From: Callorhinchus milii
Taxonomy: Eukaryota
Direction of reading: 5' to 3'
Assembly (NCBI RefSeq): GCF_018977255.1
Contig: NW_024704742.1
Span: 63,676,001-63,740,000 of the forward strand
Length of the DNA stretch: 64,000 nucleotides
The notes beneath the pieces were generated by a model. It saw only the letters and a program-made list of their open reading frames with translations, was not told the origin of the DNA and made no database searches. Shown here piece by piece: positions 61,270-64,000 of the stretch. The position numbers and the translations under genes were made by a program. Positions within the stretch are counted from its first letter, which is position 1, and the number at the start of each line of letters is the position of its first letter.

Positions 61270-61789
61270 TAGTTTATTGATCCATTCTTCACTTATTCAG
61301 GAAAGTTCATTTATTCAAAAAAACGTTTTAATAAAGATGGTGAGTACTGGAACATCTGGTCTTTCAGTTACACTTCTTTGCAAGTTTTTATGACCTGTGA
61401 TCCTGAAGGTCTAAAGTGAACGATAGTGTGTGATATTTTTGCTGCTCAGTATCGAAGTTGTAGGTATGACATTTGTGCTGATTCACCTCATGCATAGTTT
61501 TCTGCAGTATTTGTGAAAGAAGTTGTCATTTGAACGCAAATGCCTGTAGACAGAATAACTTCAAATGATTTCAAGGTGAGACCATATGCCTTTTGCACTG
61601 TGGGACCAGGTTTCAAGTCCAGGAAATGGAATGTGATTGCAGGTCAAAAGTGAAGTGCTTAAGGAGTTTCAGGAGGTAAGATAACTGTCTGCAAAAAGAA
61701 AAGATGCAATAATATAAAAAAATTGCTCTCATCTTAAGCAAGAAGCCATCCAACTGTTCTTTTAATGGTCTTATCAACCCAGCTTCTGA

Positions 61790-62725
61790 CGATTCCTTCT
61801 TGATCAACATAATCAACTTCTCCCTATCGGGATCTGTCCCTTCCCCTTTCAAAGGTGCTGTAATCTTCCCTCCTCCCTTTTTTTTAAAAAAAAGTGCAAC
61901 TTTGATTTCTTTACCTTCTCAAACTTCTGCACCTTCAGTGCCCTCCCAGTTCATTAGACTCCCTATTCCTCCTCATCCTCTTAGATTTTTCTGATACTTT
62001 TAACATTATTGACCATTTTTCTCCATTAACGTACTTCCATGGTCCACTTCCATGGTTCCATTCTTACCTGACACTACAGCTTCTCCAAGGCCTTCTCAAC
62101 TGAGCTCCGACTGCTGACATCTTCAAGGCTTCTATCCCAGCTAGTTCCTCACAAATTTTATATGTATTTGCCACTTGATCAACAAACCTATCCATAAATT
62201 AGCTTTCATATGTTATGTCGATGTTACCCAATTCTACTTCACCTCTAATCATGATTTTAAGAGTATTGCTATTTTGTCTAGCTGCGCACCTTAACTTCAA
62301 GTCTTGGATGAGCTATAACCTACTGCAACTGAAAATCAGCAAGTCTGATTTCTTCTTGTTTTGTTCTCACCAGCACTTATATGCTATTGGCTCTAATTTA
62401 ATCAATATTTCTGTTTGATTGTTCAGGCTGAACTAGGCGGTGTGTAACCTTCGCATTGTGCTTGATAGAGCAGTGTCTAACAGCATATGTACCTGGGGAA
62501 ACTCCCTTCTCTTTTTGAATAACGTCATGGGATTTGTAACGTCTGTGTGAACAGGTAGATAGGACTTCAGTTTGTTTTATCTGAAGGACAGCACCTCTGA
62601 CAATGTAGGACTCGCCCTGGATTGCATGCAGTGTCAATGGACTTTCAGTTTAAGTCCCGACATAGGGCTGGAACCCACAATATTGGTACTCAGAGCTGAG
62701 AAATCCAGCCAACTGAGGCAGACTA
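61790..62725. mobile_element. Very degraded L2 (+ strand, ~61790-62465) followed by an old Deu-SINE (- strand, ~62490-62725)
   Basis: NIINFSLSGSVPSPFKGAVI and FKSWMSYNLLQLKISKS remnants; reverse SINE body and head. Confidence 0.6.
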
Positions 62726-63714
62726 AAATTATCAGTGGCTCACAAATATAAAGACAACTTCAATTTAGTAACATTAAAAAATTCTGACTTGTTTTCCTGG
62801 TTTTGGTAACCATCAATCCCTGCCTCAAATCACAGGGTTTAAATATCTTACCTCACAATTTTTGATATGTAATGTTCAGAGTTTAATTATCCAAATGCTG
62901 ATCCATTTTTAGTTGATAATTGTCACTCAGAGTAATAACTCACCCCCTGTAGAAGTGAATTATTTGCATGGTTTATGGTTTACTGATCATAATAAATAAT
63001 ATTATTATGTGTTTATGGTTTGTGTTGAGGTAAATGAATCCTCCAGTCATAAGAAAAAGTTTTATATACTGAAACTGTTTGCACATGGACAGCAGCTGTT
63101 TTTGGGACCAGATGAATGACTCAACATGCACTACAAAAGAGTCGAACCTGTGTATGAACAAATCAATTAATGTTTTATGAGCTATACAGCTGGATATCAT
63201 TTTAATCTTCATTTCAAAGACTGTGTGCAAAATGGTTCAGTTATTTTTTGCGAATGAAATATTTTATTTCCCCAATCAATTTCCCTTCTTTCTCACTGTC
63301 TTTTCTGCCGCCCCACTGCTTCTGATCGAAAAATTGCCCTGTGATGAGAAGGTGATCAGGCTTCAGACCTGATTTCAGATCACTTCCAATGCTAGAATAT
63401 TCATACTTGACAATATTGCCTTAACAATGAAATTCTCTCTCAGGGAAGTGTAGATTTTTCCATCAAATTGCTCAATTTTCTCTTTTCTAAGTACGTAGCA
63501 CTTTTCTTAAAAACACAATACTTTTCCAATTATGTAAATGTGTTTCTTAGCATACAAAGTTCTTAGTTTTGCTTGTATTTTTACTGAATCTCCTCTCTTT
63601 ATAACTGTCCCCCCCCCACACACCCATACACTAAGTATTATCACTCAAAGCTGACTAGATTTTTTAATGACAGATGGTCAAGCTGCTCCTGTACGTATGT
63701 ACCCGATACGTATT

Positions 63715-64000
63715 AATCAGAACTCTGCAGTTCATGCGCTCTCTTGCACTGAGCTCCATGACCCGATCACCCTATCCTCGCCCAGCTTCACTGGATCCCC
63801 ATCCCCCAGAGGTTTGAGTTGAAGACCCTCGTTCTCACCTTTAAAGCCTTCCACAATCTTGCCCTTCCCTACTAAACCTTGACAAACTTGTCTCTTCCCT
63901 TTGCTTGGCGGGCACTGCCCTGTACCACATCCCTTCCCTTGCCTGCTTCAAGGCCCATCTCAAGATTTTCCTCTGTCATCTTCCCACCGCTAACCCCTTT
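63715..64000 (+). mobile_element. L2 3' fragment
   Basis: ATCAGAACTCTGCAG...CTTCACTGGATCCCCATCCCCCAGAGG. Confidence 0.8.

Noticed and set aside
32693..64000. Further SH3RF1 exons (first SH3 domain) or a nested gene
   Set aside because: No SH3-like peptide or convincing exon chain was found by eye. A long intron is expected here, though small exons cannot be excluded.

Overview
Eukaryotic (vertebrate) genomic DNA, most likely a cartilaginous fish; this is inferred from the repeat complement and the divergence of the proteins, not proven. The first ~20 kb hold the last 12 coding exons of NEK1 (+ strand, 583-19128). They splice in frame to the conserved C-terminus ...[12 protein letters not shown], with a non-canonical GC-AG last intron and a poly(A) signal at 19727. 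The 5' end of SH3RF1/POSH follows in the same orientation, as in the known vertebrate gene order. It consists of a small CpG-rich promoter core (~23640-23920) enclosed by G-rich, C-rich and compound satellites, then the RING-finger coding exon (ATG 32300, donor after 32692), then a long intron running past the window end. The non-coding DNA is dominated by a tRNA(Ala)-headed Deu-domain SINE and its L2-clade partner LINE, plus older Deu-SINEs, CR1 fragments and two TA-flanked Tc1/mariner-type non-autonomous elements. I see no new protein-coding system. The most interesting signals are: (i) a shared LINE/SINE 3' stem-loop with compensatory base pairs and a swapped loop; (ii) five insertions into or next to that hairpin; (iii) the satellite-flanked SH3RF1 promoter with its strand-asymmetry flip; (iv) the GC-AG terminal NEK1 intron; (v) a 31-codon uORF just upstream of SH3RF1. 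Repeat boundaries are approximate and read by eye.
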